This document shows, in pieces, positions 9,664 through 19,117 of a stretch of 64,000 bases of DNA. Numbering within the stretch: position 1 is the stretch's first letter; each line of letters begins with the position of its first letter. A model generated the notes under the pieces. That model saw only the letters and a list, made by a program, of their open reading frames with translations, had not been told where the DNA came from and made no database searches. A program made the position numbers and the translations under genes. The DNA comes from Thermoproteota archaeon (lineage in GTDB: Archaea > Korarchaeota > Korarchaeia > Korarchaeales > Korarchaeaceae), in contig JAOZFI010000043.1 in assembly GCA_027491395.1 (NCBI GenBank), positions 47,502 to 111,501 of the forward strand, written 5' to 3'.

Positions 9664-10161
9664 TTATACTAGGCTCCAACCCTTCTTAGACTTAGCTAGC
9701 CTCAACCTCTCGGACAAGATGAACCATATGTGCGGAGCCACCTTCAGTATGTCGCGGGAGGAGATTATCCCAACTACCTTCTTGTTGGAGTTCACCACTA
9801 TCAGCCTTCTGACGTTGTGCTCCACCATGATCCTCGCTGCCTCATCGATATCTATGTTGTCCCTTACTATGACAGGCTCCTTGGTCATGACTTCCTCTAC
9901 CTTAACCTCTTCAGGTCTCCTTCCATCCTTCTTAGCTATGTACCGGGAGATCAGGTCCCTCTCCGTGACTATCCCCCTCAAGACCCCTTTCTCCATCACG
10001 ACCACGGAGCCTATGTTATGCTCGCTCATGAGCTGCGCTACCTTGAAGACCGTATCCTGAGGGGTCACGGTGATCAGGTTCCTGTTCATTATCTCGGATA
10101 CCTTAAGCCTGAACTTGGGTTCATCACCTTTCTCGGGGAGCAGAGACCACATAACTATCAC
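9664..10161 (-). CDS. CBS-domain protein (2 CBS)
   Basis: VSEIMN, IGSVVV, GIVTERD, VRRLIVV, GIISSRD. Confidence 0.85.
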   Translation of the reverse strand: MIVMWSLLPEKGDEPKFRLKVSEIMNRNLITVTPQDTVFKVAQLMSEHNIGSVVVMEKGVLRGIVTERDLISRYIAKKDGRRPEEVKVEEVMTKEPVIVRDNIDIDEAARIMVEHNVRRLIVVNSNKKVVGIISSRDILKVAPHIWFILSERLRLAKSKKGWSLV

Positions 10162-12059
10162 TCCACTATCGTAACTTTCCCGGGGGGCAACGCCCTCACT
10201 ATATCATCCACACTCACTTCCACAGGCTCCGCCGGGGGTTCTGAGTCCCCACGTATTTTAATGTTTTCTTGCAGCCAACCCTCCAGCACATTCTTTAACA
10301 CTTTTGCGGCCTCTTCCTTGCCAGTGGATCCAGGTCTAAGGCATACAGAGTAGAGGAGGGGGGCTCCCGGGGGCGCTGCAGTCAATTTGATCCCGTCAGG
10401 GGTCTTCTGAAAGCCCACGCAGATCTCGAGCCTCACCCGCAAGTAATTCCTCCTACCAGTTATGTAAAAGCTCCCCTTAGGGAGATACAGTCCGGAGGGC
10501 GCATGTTTCGAGACTTGGGATCCCTTGACGTAGTAAACATCCACCGAGGTCAGACCCTCTCTCCATGCTCTAGAAAACACCCCAGCTGCAGTGGCCGCTT
10601 GATTCACTGATGCTTCATCCGGCTCCCTCCCATCCAGCTTGAGTACCACCACTGAGCCCCCCGGCATGTCAACGTGGAAGAACAGGTCGTTCTCGTCCAA
10701 GTACTTGGACACTATCTCGGCGTTGGTTTGGGCATCCCTCCCCCCTATCACTAGGAAGCCCCCCGATGTATAGAACCACCTGAATCTCTCGTACCATCGG
10801 AGCTTCCGTCTCTTAGTTGGGACTTTTTTGGAAGCCCTCTCCTTGGCTTCAGTCCTGAGCCTGTTAAGCTTCTCCTTCAAGGACAAAATGGCCGTATCGA
10901 TCCTTTCATGCTTCTCCCTATACTTCTTCGCCCTGTTATAGTACTCGGAAGCGTTTTCAGTGGCCGATTTGAGCATGTCTAGCTCGATCTCTCGACCATC
11001 CAGATTCAACACGACCTTGCCGGACTTTCTGTCAACTGAAACTATGGGAGGAGGCGAAATCCCCTTCCTAGCCTTCTTCAGCGCCTCATCCACCTCGGTC
11101 AAGTGGAGATATATGAGATCGCCCATAGACCTGTATTCCTCCGCCTTTTCCGCATACTCCTTCTTCAGCTCTTCCTGCCTTTGAATCTCAACCTCCAAAG
11201 ATCTTATCTTCTGGTCTTCCTCATATTCAGGCCTTTCAGCGGTATAATAGAGCTGAATCGCTCTAGATAGACTGTGTATGGACCTCCTCTCCATCTGGAG
11301 GTGATGTAGTGGGAAGGCCGAGAAGTTCACCACTTCACTGTCCTGAACGTAAATCATGGGTTCCGTCTCCCTATTGAGGAACGAATGGATCAGATCGGCC
11401 AGCTCAGCGATAAGAGCCTCGATCTCGGGTAGAGGTGACTTCAGATCCACACCCATCAGGTGAGAGATCTCGTCCATGTAAGGGGGGCCCACCCCGAAGG
11501 ACCCTATAAGTACCTTCCACAGGGGCAGTCTCTCCTTTACACCCTTCCTGAGGAGCGTTAGTACGGCATCCCTGTCACTGGGATCCAGCTCAATCCCCGG
11601 ACCAGCTGGTGGCCGGTAGATATCGCCAGGCCTGATAGATCTACCCCTAAACTCGACTCTCTTGAGGGGCAAGAGGATCTCACCCTCCTGAACAAGTATG
11701 AGATTCCCTCCACCGAACAGCTCCACCACAAGCTGCATATCACCGAAAGATAAACGAAGGATTCTCTCGACTCCTACTTGGGATATCTCTGTGAATCTCC
11801 TACCCTCTAAGTGCTTTCTGAGGGCCATGATGAATGGGGGCGGGCTCCGAGGTTTCGGCCACTTGAGGTCTGTCAGAAAGATGAAACCGCTCAGGTCGAT
11901 CACGAGTTCCTTGCTCCCATCAACTTCCGGGTAGAAGAAGAGGGAAAAGACACCTTCATCCAACAGGTAAGCCTTCTTAAGTATCTTACCATCCAGTGAG
12001 AGCAGCTCTCTGACCAGATGCCTGAGATCCAGACCAGTAACCTTTCTCTTCCGTCCCAT
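10158..12059 (-). CDS. rqcH: Ribosome quality control factor Rqc2/NEMF (NFACT)
   Basis: FIMALRKHL, ERIL, ELFGGGNLIL, NASEYY, WYERFRWF, GGRDAQTN, FHVDMPG, YLPKGSF. Confidence 0.9.
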   Translation of the reverse strand: MGRKRKVTGLDLRHLVRELLSLDGKILKKAYLLDEGVFSLFFYPEVDGSKELVIDLSGFIFLTDLKWPKPRSPPPFIMALRKHLEGRRFTEISQVGVERILRLSFGDMQLVVELFGGGNLILVQEGEILLPLKRVEFRGRSIRPGDIYRPPAGPGIELDPSDRDAVLTLLRKGVKERLPLWKVLIGSFGVGPPYMDEISHLMGVDLKSPLPEIEALIAELADLIHSFLNRETEPMIYVQDSEVVNFSAFPLHHLQMERRSIHSLSRAIQLYYTAERPEYEEDQKIRSLEVEIQRQEELKKEYAEKAEEYRSMGDLIYLHLTEVDEALKKARKGISPPPIVSVDRKSGKVVLNLDGREIELDMLKSATENASEYYNRAKKYREKHERIDTAILSLKEKLNRLRTEAKERASKKVPTKRRKLRWYERFRWFYTSGGFLVIGGRDAQTNAEIVSKYLDENDLFFHVDMPGGSVVVLKLDGREPDEASVNQAATAAGVFSRAWREGLTSVDVYYVKGSQVSKHAPSGLYLPKGSFYITGRRNYLRVRLEICVGFQKTPDGIKLTAAPPGAPLLYSVCLRPGSTGKEEAAKVLKNVLEGWLQENIKIRGDSEPPAEPVEVSVDDIVRALPPGKVTIVE

Positions 12060-12083
12060 ACAGCCTTTCTCAGGCCAGCTCTC

Positions 12084-12092
12084 TTTATATAT
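12084..12092. promoter_or_regulatory. Probable bidirectional TATA element
   Basis: TTTATATAT about midway in the 51-bp gap between the divergent starts at 12059 (-) and 12111 (+). Confidence 0.5.
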
Positions 12093-12110
12093 TCAATTGG
12101 TTACTGGGGC

Positions 12111-12983
12111 ATGATGAAGCCAAAGCACAAAGTCTATTACCTCAGGGTAGCCCTATTATCCCTAGTTGGGCTAGTGAGCGGTATCGCTGGACTCACTCCG
12201 ATGGAGGGGCTGAGCCTCTTCTTGCTTGCTTACTTCCTCGTTACACCCCTATCCCTCAAACTCTGGGGGGACGAACTGAAGGACCTTGGGCTGATGAAAC
12301 TATACAGAGAGGCCTTGGGATCATCGTTCCTGGCTCTCCTCCTGATTTGGACCCTAGTCATTAATCTGATGGGTCCGGGAGTCCCCATCTACGTGGTGAG
12401 GGCATCTCAGGGTGGTATATATCCCATACAGACGATAGATGGTCGGATCGTTGGTCCCGGCGAGAGACCCCTAGCCGGATACAATGCCGTCTATCTGAAG
12501 CTCACGGACCACAACATAGAGGACATATACATCGGTTCTTACGCCAAAAAGGGAGACCTAACGAAGGTCATACTAGGTCGCACAGAGGTAACCCTGTCTA
12601 AAGGAGAGATACACATCTCCGGCGTCTACAACTTGTCGATCGGGTCAGACTATAAGAGGATGAGCAAGCTATTGGGGAACATAACAATATTCGTGAACGG
12701 GACCCTCGTCATAAATGGGACTATGAAGCTCAATCCCGGTGAGACCAAAGAGTTTACCTACAACTCCACCATGATGGAGGTGTCCCATACCGCTCCCGGC
12801 GTCCTCGACGTAGAGATAGACTCAACGAGGGGCAGGATTACCGAGTACCCCGTTTCAGTCTTCATAAGCTCAATAGAGGAGAAGGAAGGCTATATCTTCG
12901 TTTTTGATTCAGTTAAACCGTTTTGGAAGACTAGGACGGCTAGGGTAGATGACAGCTACGTTGTCGTCCTGCCCCCGGGGTGA
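12111..12983 (+). CDS. Membrane protein: N-terminal EMC6-like 3-TM domain plus C-terminal beta-rich extracellular domain
   Basis: YYLRVALLSLVGLVSGIAGLT..GLSLFLLA and GSSFLALLLIWTLVINL resemble the EMC6 pattern. The C-terminal part carries N-x-S/T sequons. Start trimmed to ATG 12111. Confidence 0.6.
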   Translation: MMKPKHKVYYLRVALLSLVGLVSGIAGLTPMEGLSLFLLAYFLVTPLSLKLWGDELKDLGLMKLYREALGSSFLALLLIWTLVINLMGPGVPIYVVRASQGGIYPIQTIDGRIVGPGERPLAGYNAVYLKLTDHNIEDIYIGSYAKKGDLTKVILGRTEVTLSKGEIHISGVYNLSIGSDYKRMSKLLGNITIFVNGTLVINGTMKLNPGETKEFTYNSTMMEVSHTAPGVLDVEIDSTRGRITEYPVSVFISSIEEKEGYIFVFDSVKPFWKTRTARVDDSYVVVLPPG

Positions 12984-12987
12984 TATT

Positions 12988-13398
12988 GTGGGCAGGAAGC
13001 TGGTCGATGTCGAGGCTGATGTGGGGTTCGAGGTATGGGCTAACGACCTGAACTCCCTCTTCGAAGAGGCAGCCCTCGCCATGTACGAGGTAATGGTGGA
13101 TGTCGAGAGCGTTAATCCAGTTGTAGGGAAGGAGCTGGAATTGGAATCCGAGGACCTTTCCCTACTCCTCCATTCATGGCTGTCAGAACTCCTATTCATC
13201 ACGGATGTGGAGGGGTTGGTGTTCTCGAAGTTTGAGGTCACGATCCAAGGTACCAAGCTCAGAGGCAAGGCGTGGGGCGAACCGGTGGATCCCGAGAGGC
13301 ACAAGCCCAAGACCGAGGTGAAAGCGGTCACCTACTACAAACTCAAAGTGGAGAAAGAGGGAGACCTCTGGAGGGCCGTGGTTATTTTGGATCTCTGA
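12988..13398 (+). CDS. Archease (RtcB cofactor)
   Basis: ADVGFEVWA, LFEEAALAM, LLHSWLSELL, EVKAVTY, VILDL C-terminus. GTG start at 12988. Confidence 0.9.
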   Translation: MGRKLVDVEADVGFEVWANDLNSLFEEAALAMYEVMVDVESVNPVVGKELELESEDLSLLLHSWLSELLFITDVEGLVFSKFEVTIQGTKLRGKAWGEPVDPERHKPKTEVKAVTYYKLKVEKEGDLWRAVVILDL

Positions 13399-13473
13399 TA
13401 TACAAGGACGGCATCGAATATGCCGCTGAAGTTCGCTGTCTCCACAGGAGAGGGCCCCCCTGACATACCAAAC

Positions 13474-13481
13474 TTTAATAA
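13474..13481 (+). promoter_or_regulatory. TATA box of the L3 ribosomal protein operon
   Basis: TTTAATAA about 45 bp upstream of the rpl3 ATG, with an SD-like GGGGTG before the start. Confidence 0.45.
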
Positions 13482-13525
13482 ACCCCAAGCTTGTCTTGTG
13501 TTGGAAAGTTAACGGGGTGCTAGTG

Positions 13526-14533
13526 ATGCCCAGAAGACACGGTTCGCTACAGTTCGCTCCTCGGAAGAGGGCTAGAACTCAGAAGGCAGTCTTCAGATCC
13601 TACCCTGAACTGCCCCTTGAGGAGCCGATCCTAGTGGCCTTCCCGGGCTATAAGGTGGGTATGGTTCACGTCTTGATGAAGGAGGATAGGCCTGGTAAGC
13701 TCAACATAGGTCAGCCAGTGACCTTGGCCTCCACCGTAGTGGAGACCCCCCCAATAGAGGTTGTCGGCTTCAGACCCTACGTGGGAACCTACTACGGGAT
13801 GAAGGCCGTGACCACAGCCATCAAAATCGAGCAGAATGATCTGATCTCCAGAACTCTCACTATAGGCGATGGGGTTGACAACTGGGACGAGGCCCTCGCC
13901 AAGGTGGAGGCTAACAAGGATAGGATAGAGGAGGTCAGGATTCTAGCCTACACCAGGCCTGATCTGGCGGGGATACACAAGAAGAAGCCAGAATTCCTTG
14001 AGATCCCGATTAAGGGCGGTTCCATGGATAGGAGGCTTGAGTACGCCCAGTCCTTGGTTGGCTCTAAGGTCAAGGTGAACCAAGTCTTCAAGGCGGGACA
14101 GCTGGTGGATGTCACCGCGGTCACCAAGGGGCACGGGTGGCAGGGAGTCGTCAGGAGGTTCGGAGTCGAGCTGCTCAGGCACAAGGCCGGCAAGGGTAGG
14201 TGGAGGGTCGGGAGCTTGGGATCTAGGCATCCGCCCTACGTGACTTGGAGGATCCCGAGGGCTGGCCAGACTGGTTACCACAAGAGGACGGAGTACAACA
14301 AGAGGATACTGATGATTGCCGATCTGTCAGAGGAGGGGGCTCTGAACGTAACGCCTAAGGGTGGATTCAAGAATTACGGGATCCTGAAGAGCCAGTATGT
14401 GATCCTCTCCGGATCGATACCCGGTCCAACGAAGAGGTTCGTGTTCATGAGGCATCCGATAAGGCCCAAGTACGAGGAACTTCCAGAGCCCGAGATAAGC
14501 TATGTGAGCTCCGTGGGCTGGTTGAAGAGGTGA
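13526..14533 (+). CDS. rpl3: 50S ribosomal protein uL3
   Basis: GSLQFAPRKRA, GYKVGM, ETPP, TKGHGWQGVVRRFG, RAGQTGYHKRTEYNK. Confidence 0.97.
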   Translation: MPRRHGSLQFAPRKRARTQKAVFRSYPELPLEEPILVAFPGYKVGMVHVLMKEDRPGKLNIGQPVTLASTVVETPPIEVVGFRPYVGTYYGMKAVTTAIKIEQNDLISRTLTIGDGVDNWDEALAKVEANKDRIEEVRILAYTRPDLAGIHKKKPEFLEIPIKGGSMDRRLEYAQSLVGSKVKVNQVFKAGQLVDVTAVTKGHGWQGVVRRFGVELLRHKAGKGRWRVGSLGSRHPPYVTWRIPRAGQTGYHKRTEYNKRILMIADLSEEGALNVTPKGGFKNYGILKSQYVILSGSIPGPTKRFVFMRHPIRPKYEELPEPEISYVSSVGWLKR

Positions 14534-14537
14534 TTAC

Positions 14538-15326
14538 ATGGCCTCGGTTCCGGTGTTCAATCTGAACGGCGAGAGAATAGGGGAGGTGGAGCTTCCCTCC
14601 ATCTTCGACATGGAGGTCAGGCCCGACACCATAAGGCGGACCTACCTGTCCCAACTGACCGCTAGGATACAGCCCCAAGGTAGGGATCCCTTGGCCGGAC
14701 TCAGGACGTCGGCTGAGTCTTGGGGGGCAGGTCACGGAGTGGCTAGGGTGCCTAGGGTGAAGGGTAGGGGCTACCCCGCCGCCAGCAGGGCGGCTAGAGC
14801 GGTCATGACCGTGGGCGGCGCGAAGACCACGGCACCCAGATCTTGGAAGGTCATCTGGGAGAGGGTGAACAAGAAGGAGAGGAAGCTGGCTATCCTATCG
14901 GCCATAGCGGCGACTGGGAGGATAGACTTGGTCAAGGCCCGGCATAGGGTGGATCTGGACTATGTCCCCTTGGTAGTGACGGACGATCTGGAGGGCATAT
15001 CCAAGACGTCCGAACTCCACTCCCTGCTGCTGAAGCTAGGTCTGAAGGACGAGCTGGATAGGACCAAGAGGAGGTTCAAGAAGATAAGGGCCGGACGGGG
15101 GAAGATGAGGGGAAGGGTCAGGCAGAGGGCGAGGGGCCCGCTTATAATATACCTCAACGAGGGCTCTCCAATAGCTAGAGCTGCCAGGAACATACCTGGA
15201 GTTGATGTAGTCGCTCTCAGGAACCTGAGCGTGATCCACTTGGCCCCGGGAGGTGTTCCCGGGAGACTGACCGTATGGACGGAGGGAGCCCTCCGTTCCC
15301 TGGAGGAGGTGATGGGTATTGCCTAA
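14538..15326 (+). CDS. rpl4: 50S ribosomal protein uL4
   Basis: [42 protein letters not shown]. Confidence 0.97.
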   Translation: MASVPVFNLNGERIGEVELPSIFDMEVRPDTIRRTYLSQLTARIQPQGRDPLAGLRTSAESWGAGHGVARVPRVKGRGYPAASRAARAVMTVGGAKTTAPRSWKVIWERVNKKERKLAILSAIAATGRIDLVKARHRVDLDYVPLVVTDDLEGISKTSELHSLLLKLGLKDELDRTKRRFKKIRAGRGKMRGRVRQRARGPLIIYLNEGSPIARAARNIPGVDVVALRNLSVIHLAPGGVPGRLTVWTEGALRSLEEVMGIA

Positions 15327-15600
15327 GATAGGCGACTTCGATCCCTACAAGATACTGAAGGCCCCCATCTCCACCGAGAAAGTTGTTAGGATGATCAACG
15401 AGGAGAACAAGCTAGCTTTCTTCGTGGACAGAAGGGCTAACAAGAAGGAGATAAAGAGAGCTGTTGAGGAAGCCTTAGACGTCAAGGTAGAGAGGGTGTG
15501 GACCATAATTACCATAGACGGCAGGAAGAAGGCATACGTGAAGCTCAGTCCCGAGTATAGGGCCTCGGATGTCGCTGCCAAGCTGGGCATAATAGGGTGA
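15319..15600 (+). CDS. rpl23: 50S ribosomal protein uL23
   Basis: [32 protein letters not shown]. Confidence 0.95.
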   Translation: MPKIGDFDPYKILKAPISTEKVVRMINEENKLAFFVDRRANKKEIKRAVEEALDVKVERVWTIITIDGRKKAYVKLSPEYRASDVAAKLGIIG

Positions 15601-15604
15601 TGGT

Positions 15605-16339
15605 ATGGGTAAGCGTATACTGGTTCAGAGGAGGGGAAGGGGAGGTATCCAGTTCAGATCTAGGGATCATCTCAAGATAGCTCCCGTGAAGTACCCGCCT
15701 CAGATAGGAATGAACGGCCTCGTTAGGGGAGTCATAAGGGAGATACTACACGAGCCAGGAAGGCACACCCCGATCTCTCTAGTGGAGCTCGAAGATGGCA
15801 CCAAGTTCTATTACGTGCCTCCGGAGGGAGTATACGAGGGTCAGGAGATACAGATAGGTCCTGGAGCCGAGATAAAGACGGGAAACGTCCTTCCCTTGGC
15901 TGATATACCTGACGGGACCTTGGTCTCCAATGTGGAGATAAGGCCGGGAGATGGGGGAAAGATAGCTAGGAGGAGCGGGACCTACGCTCTAGTGTTCTCT
16001 CACGAGGGAGATAGAGTCCTCTTGAGGCTTCCCTCTAGGAAGGAGAAGTTCGTGGATGCCAGATGCAGAGCCACCATAGGCATAGTGGCTGGTGGCGGCA
16101 GGATAGAGAAGCCGTTCATGAAGGCGGGTCTCAAGTATTACCACGAGAGAACCCATCCGAAGAGGTGGCCTGTGGTCAGGGGTGTGGCCATGAACCCAGT
16201 CAGCCACCCGCACGGTGGTGGATCCCACAAGAGACCTGGCAAGCCTACAACTGTGGCTAGGACGGCTCCGCCAGGACAGAAAGTTGGACATATAGCTGCT
16301 AGGAAGACGGGTAGGGCCAAGAGGAGGGCTGGCCTCTGA
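15605..16339 (+). CDS. rpl2: 50S ribosomal protein uL2
   Basis: [47 protein letters not shown]. Confidence 0.97.
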   Translation: MGKRILVQRRGRGGIQFRSRDHLKIAPVKYPPQIGMNGLVRGVIREILHEPGRHTPISLVELEDGTKFYYVPPEGVYEGQEIQIGPGAEIKTGNVLPLADIPDGTLVSNVEIRPGDGGKIARRSGTYALVFSHEGDRVLLRLPSRKEKFVDARCRATIGIVAGGGRIEKPFMKAGLKYYHERTHPKRWPVVRGVAMNPVSHPHGGGSHKRPGKPTTVARTAPPGQKVGHIAARKTGRAKRRAGL

Positions 16340-16379
16340 GCCCAACCTTTATTTATGGCTCAAGTATGGGGTGACATGT

Positions 16380-16778
16380 ATGTCCTCCAAGGAATTCAGG
16401 TACAGGGGTTATACGCTGGAGCAGCTCCAGAGCATGACCCTAGATGAGCTGGCAGAGGTGATGCCAGCTAGAATCAGAAGAACTCTGAAGAGAGGTCTCT
16501 CTCCTGAGAACAAGAAGCTCTTGGAGAAGATCAGGAAGTACAGGAACAAGGGCATAGACAAGGTGATAAGGACACACAGGAGGGACATGCCCGTCCTCCC
16601 TGAGATGGTGGGGGCGAAGATAGCCGTCCACAATGGGAAGGAGTTCGTCGAGATAACCATAGTCCCCGAGATGATAGGACACTACTTGGGAGAGTTCGCG
16701 ATGACCAACAGGATAGTGAGGCACGGTAAGCCCGGTAAGGGAGCCACCAGATCAAGCAAGTTCGTGCCACTAAAGTGA
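16380..16778 (+). CDS. rps19: 30S ribosomal protein uS19
   Basis: [45 protein letters not shown]. Confidence 0.97.
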   Translation: MSSKEFRYRGYTLEQLQSMTLDELAEVMPARIRRTLKRGLSPENKKLLEKIRKYRNKGIDKVIRTHRRDMPVLPEMVGAKIAVHNGKEFVEITIVPEMIGHYLGEFAMTNRIVRHGKPGKGATRSSKFVPLK

Positions 16779-16784
16779 TTCACC

Positions 16785-16789
16785 TTTTT
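16785..16789 (+). terminator. Oligo-T terminator after rps19
   Basis: TTTTT within a pyrimidine run just after the stop codon and before the tRNA promoter. Confidence 0.4.
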
Positions 16790-16803
16790 ATTCCCCCTAA
16801 TCA

Positions 16804-16810
16804 TTTATAC
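16804..16810 (+). promoter_or_regulatory. TATA box of tRNA-Ser
   Basis: TTTATAC 23-29 bp upstream of the mature tRNA 5' end. Confidence 0.55.
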
Positions 16811-16832
16811 CGGAATCCGGAGCGCCGCTCGA

Positions 16833-16919
16833 GCCGGGGTGGCCGAGCCAGGACCAAGGTGCCCGCCTTGAGAGCGGGTGGCCCTCCGGGCCGCGAGGGT
16901 TCGAATCCCTCCCCCGGCG
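16833..16919 (+). tRNA. tRNA-Ser (anticodon TGA), intronless, CCA not encoded
   Basis: Acceptor stem GCCGGGG/CCCCGGC with discriminator G. Anticodon arm CCCGC-CTTGAGA-GCGGG. Long variable arm. T arm GAGGG-TTCGAAT-CCCTC. Confidence 0.95.
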
Positions 16920-18161
16920 CTACACCTTGGGAAGCAGCTCCGGAGCGTTCCTCATTATGGCCACTCTGGGCTTACCCTCCAATAATTTCAGTTCAGAGTC
17001 TATGGCCTCCTGCAGATCTCCATACCAAGAGAAGCCAAGAGACCTAGCTTCTTCCTCGGAGATTCCATCGGAGACTAGGACTACCTTTATCCTAGATCTC
17101 ACCTTAGACCAGACCATGGAGTTGGCAGCGCCCACGGGATCCTCTATCTCTCCCCTCCTGACTTTGGCATCTATCTCCTCCGGACTCAATCCAGCCAGCT
17201 CTAGGACCTCTGGGTGAGTGACAGCCACGCCCTCAGGGCAGGGTGTAGCGAGTATGAGGATTCCCCCATCCCTGAGGACCATCTCAGCTGGATATAACGA
17301 TTTGTGGGCCTGCCAGAACTCTATGTCGGCTGGATAGCTGCTGGCGATCACTAAATCGAGGTTGCTGGGAGCCTCCACCTCATACACGCGTCTAGCCTCA
17401 TCGACCGCCTCGGAAAAGACCTCCCTGACACCGCCCGCGCCCACCCAAGTGGGCCTCCCAATCCCATCGACGACTACCTCCACCAATCCCCTCAGTCCAG
17501 CCCTCTCTGCAACCAAGTCCATGAGTGCCCTCACAGGGTTCTCTTTCATTCCCAAGAAGCTCCTCCTCAGTCTAGCGCTGAGCAAGTGCATGTCTCCCAC
17601 AGTCCTCTCACCGGACACACCGGGCAGGACTATCTTAGACCCACCTGAGAAGCCGGAGACATGGTGAGGAGTAACCATTCCCACGCCTATAGAGAAATCC
17701 ACCTTCATGAGGACGTTGCTCACCTCGATGGGAGACCCGTCAGGCATCGATCCTACTATAGCTTGCTTTTCCGGATCCCTATAGTCGGGTTGAACGACCT
17801 CGACCCTCTCCATCGCCTCCCCATACTTCCTCTCCAACTCCCCTTGGGTCATGGGCCTGTGCGTTCCCAACGCGGCCAGCAGCAGAATGTCATCATCACT
17901 CAGGCCAGCTGAATTTAGGTAGTCTAGGAGGTGCGGGAGGATGTCCGCAGTGGGAGTCGGTCTTGTCACATCGTCGGCAATTATAGCCACCCTCCTACTT
18001 GGGCGGATAATCTCATCCAAGCCTCTCAAGGCTCGTTGTAGTGCTCCTCGGGCATCCTCGAGGGGCGTAACATTGTTGGGACCCATTTCAACTACTTGAG
18101 CCTCATCGGGGAGGTGGAAGCTCAGGTAGCGCTCCCCGTACTTGAGGGAATAGTGGACCAT
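16920..18161 (-). CDS. LarA-family nickel-pincer-dependent 2-hydroxyacid racemase/epimerase
   Basis: DDVTRPTP, ALGTHR, PHHVSGFSGGSKIVLPG, FWQAHK match the LarA cofactor-binding and catalytic motifs. Confidence 0.88.
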   Translation of the reverse strand: MVHYSLKYGERYLSFHLPDEAQVVEMGPNNVTPLEDARGALQRALRGLDEIIRPSRRVAIIADDVTRPTPTADILPHLLDYLNSAGLSDDDILLLAALGTHRPMTQGELERKYGEAMERVEVVQPDYRDPEKQAIVGSMPDGSPIEVSNVLMKVDFSIGVGMVTPHHVSGFSGGSKIVLPGVSGERTVGDMHLLSARLRRSFLGMKENPVRALMDLVAERAGLRGLVEVVVDGIGRPTWVGAGGVREVFSEAVDEARRVYEVEAPSNLDLVIASSYPADIEFWQAHKSLYPAEMVLRDGGILILATPCPEGVAVTHPEVLELAGLSPEEIDAKVRRGEIEDPVGAANSMVWSKVRSRIKVVLVSDGISEEEARSLGFSWYGDLQEAIDSELKLLEGKPRVAIMRNAPELLPKV

Positions 18162-18163
18162 CT

Positions 18164-19117
18164 CTACTCAGCCAACCTAAATGCCAGCTCTAAAGCCTTA
18201 AGCATGCTGCCCTCATCGGCCACGCACCTGCCGACTATATCGTAGGCCGTACCGTGATCCACGGAGGTCCTCACATAGGGCAGCCCCAGCGTCACATTGA
18301 CTGCTCTACTGAAGCCAATTATCTTAGCCGGTATGTGACCCTGATCGTGGTACATGGCCACGACAGCGTTGAACTCCCCCCTTAGCGCCCTGAGGAAGAC
18401 AGTGTCAGGTGGTAAAGGGCCTTCTACCCCGATCCCTTCGCTTCTGAGCTCCTTCACGGCAGGACCTATGATTTCGATCTCCTCCCTTCCTATCACACCG
18501 CCATCTCCGGCGTGGGGGTTCAACCCCGCCACCGCGATATTAACCTCCTCACCCAACCTTCTCAGGAAAGAGGCCGTCAGTCGAACGGTCAGGTAAATCT
18601 CCTCCTTACTTATGGAGGTTGGGACGTCCTTCAATGGGATATGAGTGGTGACGTGGCTCACCCTCAATTCGTCCAAATACAAGAGCATCTTGACTTTCAC
18701 ACCTCCGGCCAGCTCCGCGAGTAACTCTGTGTGACCGGTGAACCTGATTCCAGCCATGTTAACGGCCAGCTTGTTCACGGGTCCGGTCACTAAGGCGCTG
18801 GCCTTACCCTTCCTCACTAGTTCCGCCGCCCTCACAACATACCTGTATGAGTAAGCACCACCCTCGGGAGTCGCCCTACCCTTCTGGACATCCTCGCCAC
18901 CCATATCTATCACTGGGACGCTGTCCACAAGGTGAGTCGGCTCATCGACGGATAAGAACCTCAACTTCAGACCGCAGAGCTCCGATACTTCCTCGAGACA
19001 CCTCTTACACCCCACCACTGTGATGGGTTTCCCGCCACCGACTCGGGCGAGGGACTTCGCGACGACCTCGGGACCTATACCAGCGGGATCACCCATCGTT
19101 ATCAAGATCGGCCTCAC
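18164..19117 (-). CDS. pdxA: PdxA-family dehydrogenase (probably PdxA2, tetronate-4-phosphate dehydrogenase)
   Basis: TMGDPAGIGPE, GHTE, TTHIPL, GLNPHAG, AMYHDQGH, RTSVDHGTA. Adjacent to a DUF1537 kinase. Confidence 0.9.
   Translation of the reverse strand: MRPILITMGDPAGIGPEVVAKSLARVGGGKPITVVGCKRCLEEVSELCGLKLRFLSVDEPTHLVDSVPVIDMGGEDVQKGRATPEGGAYSYRYVVRAAELVRKGKASALVTGPVNKLAVNMAGIRFTGHTELLAELAGGVKVKMLLYLDELRVSHVTTHIPLKDVPTSISKEEIYLTVRLTASFLRRLGEEVNIAVAGLNPHAGDGGVIGREEIEIIGPAVKELRSEGIGVEGPLPPDTVFLRALRGEFNAVVAMYHDQGHIPAKIIGFSRAVNVTLGLPYVRTSVDHGTAYDIVGRCVADEGSMLKALELAFRLAE

Noticed and set aside
13400-13470. Small hairpin (CGGCAT...ATGCCG) after archease as a C/D or H/ACA sRNA
   Set aside because: No convincing box C/D pair or ACA architecture.
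16833-16919. tRNA-Sec or suppressor tRNA
   Set aside because: The anticodon is TGA (reads UCA, Ser), not TCA, and the acceptor stem is the normal 7 bp.
16775-17047. 90-aa plus-strand ORF
   Set aside because: It overlies the tRNA and the antisense strand of the larA-like gene, so it is spurious.
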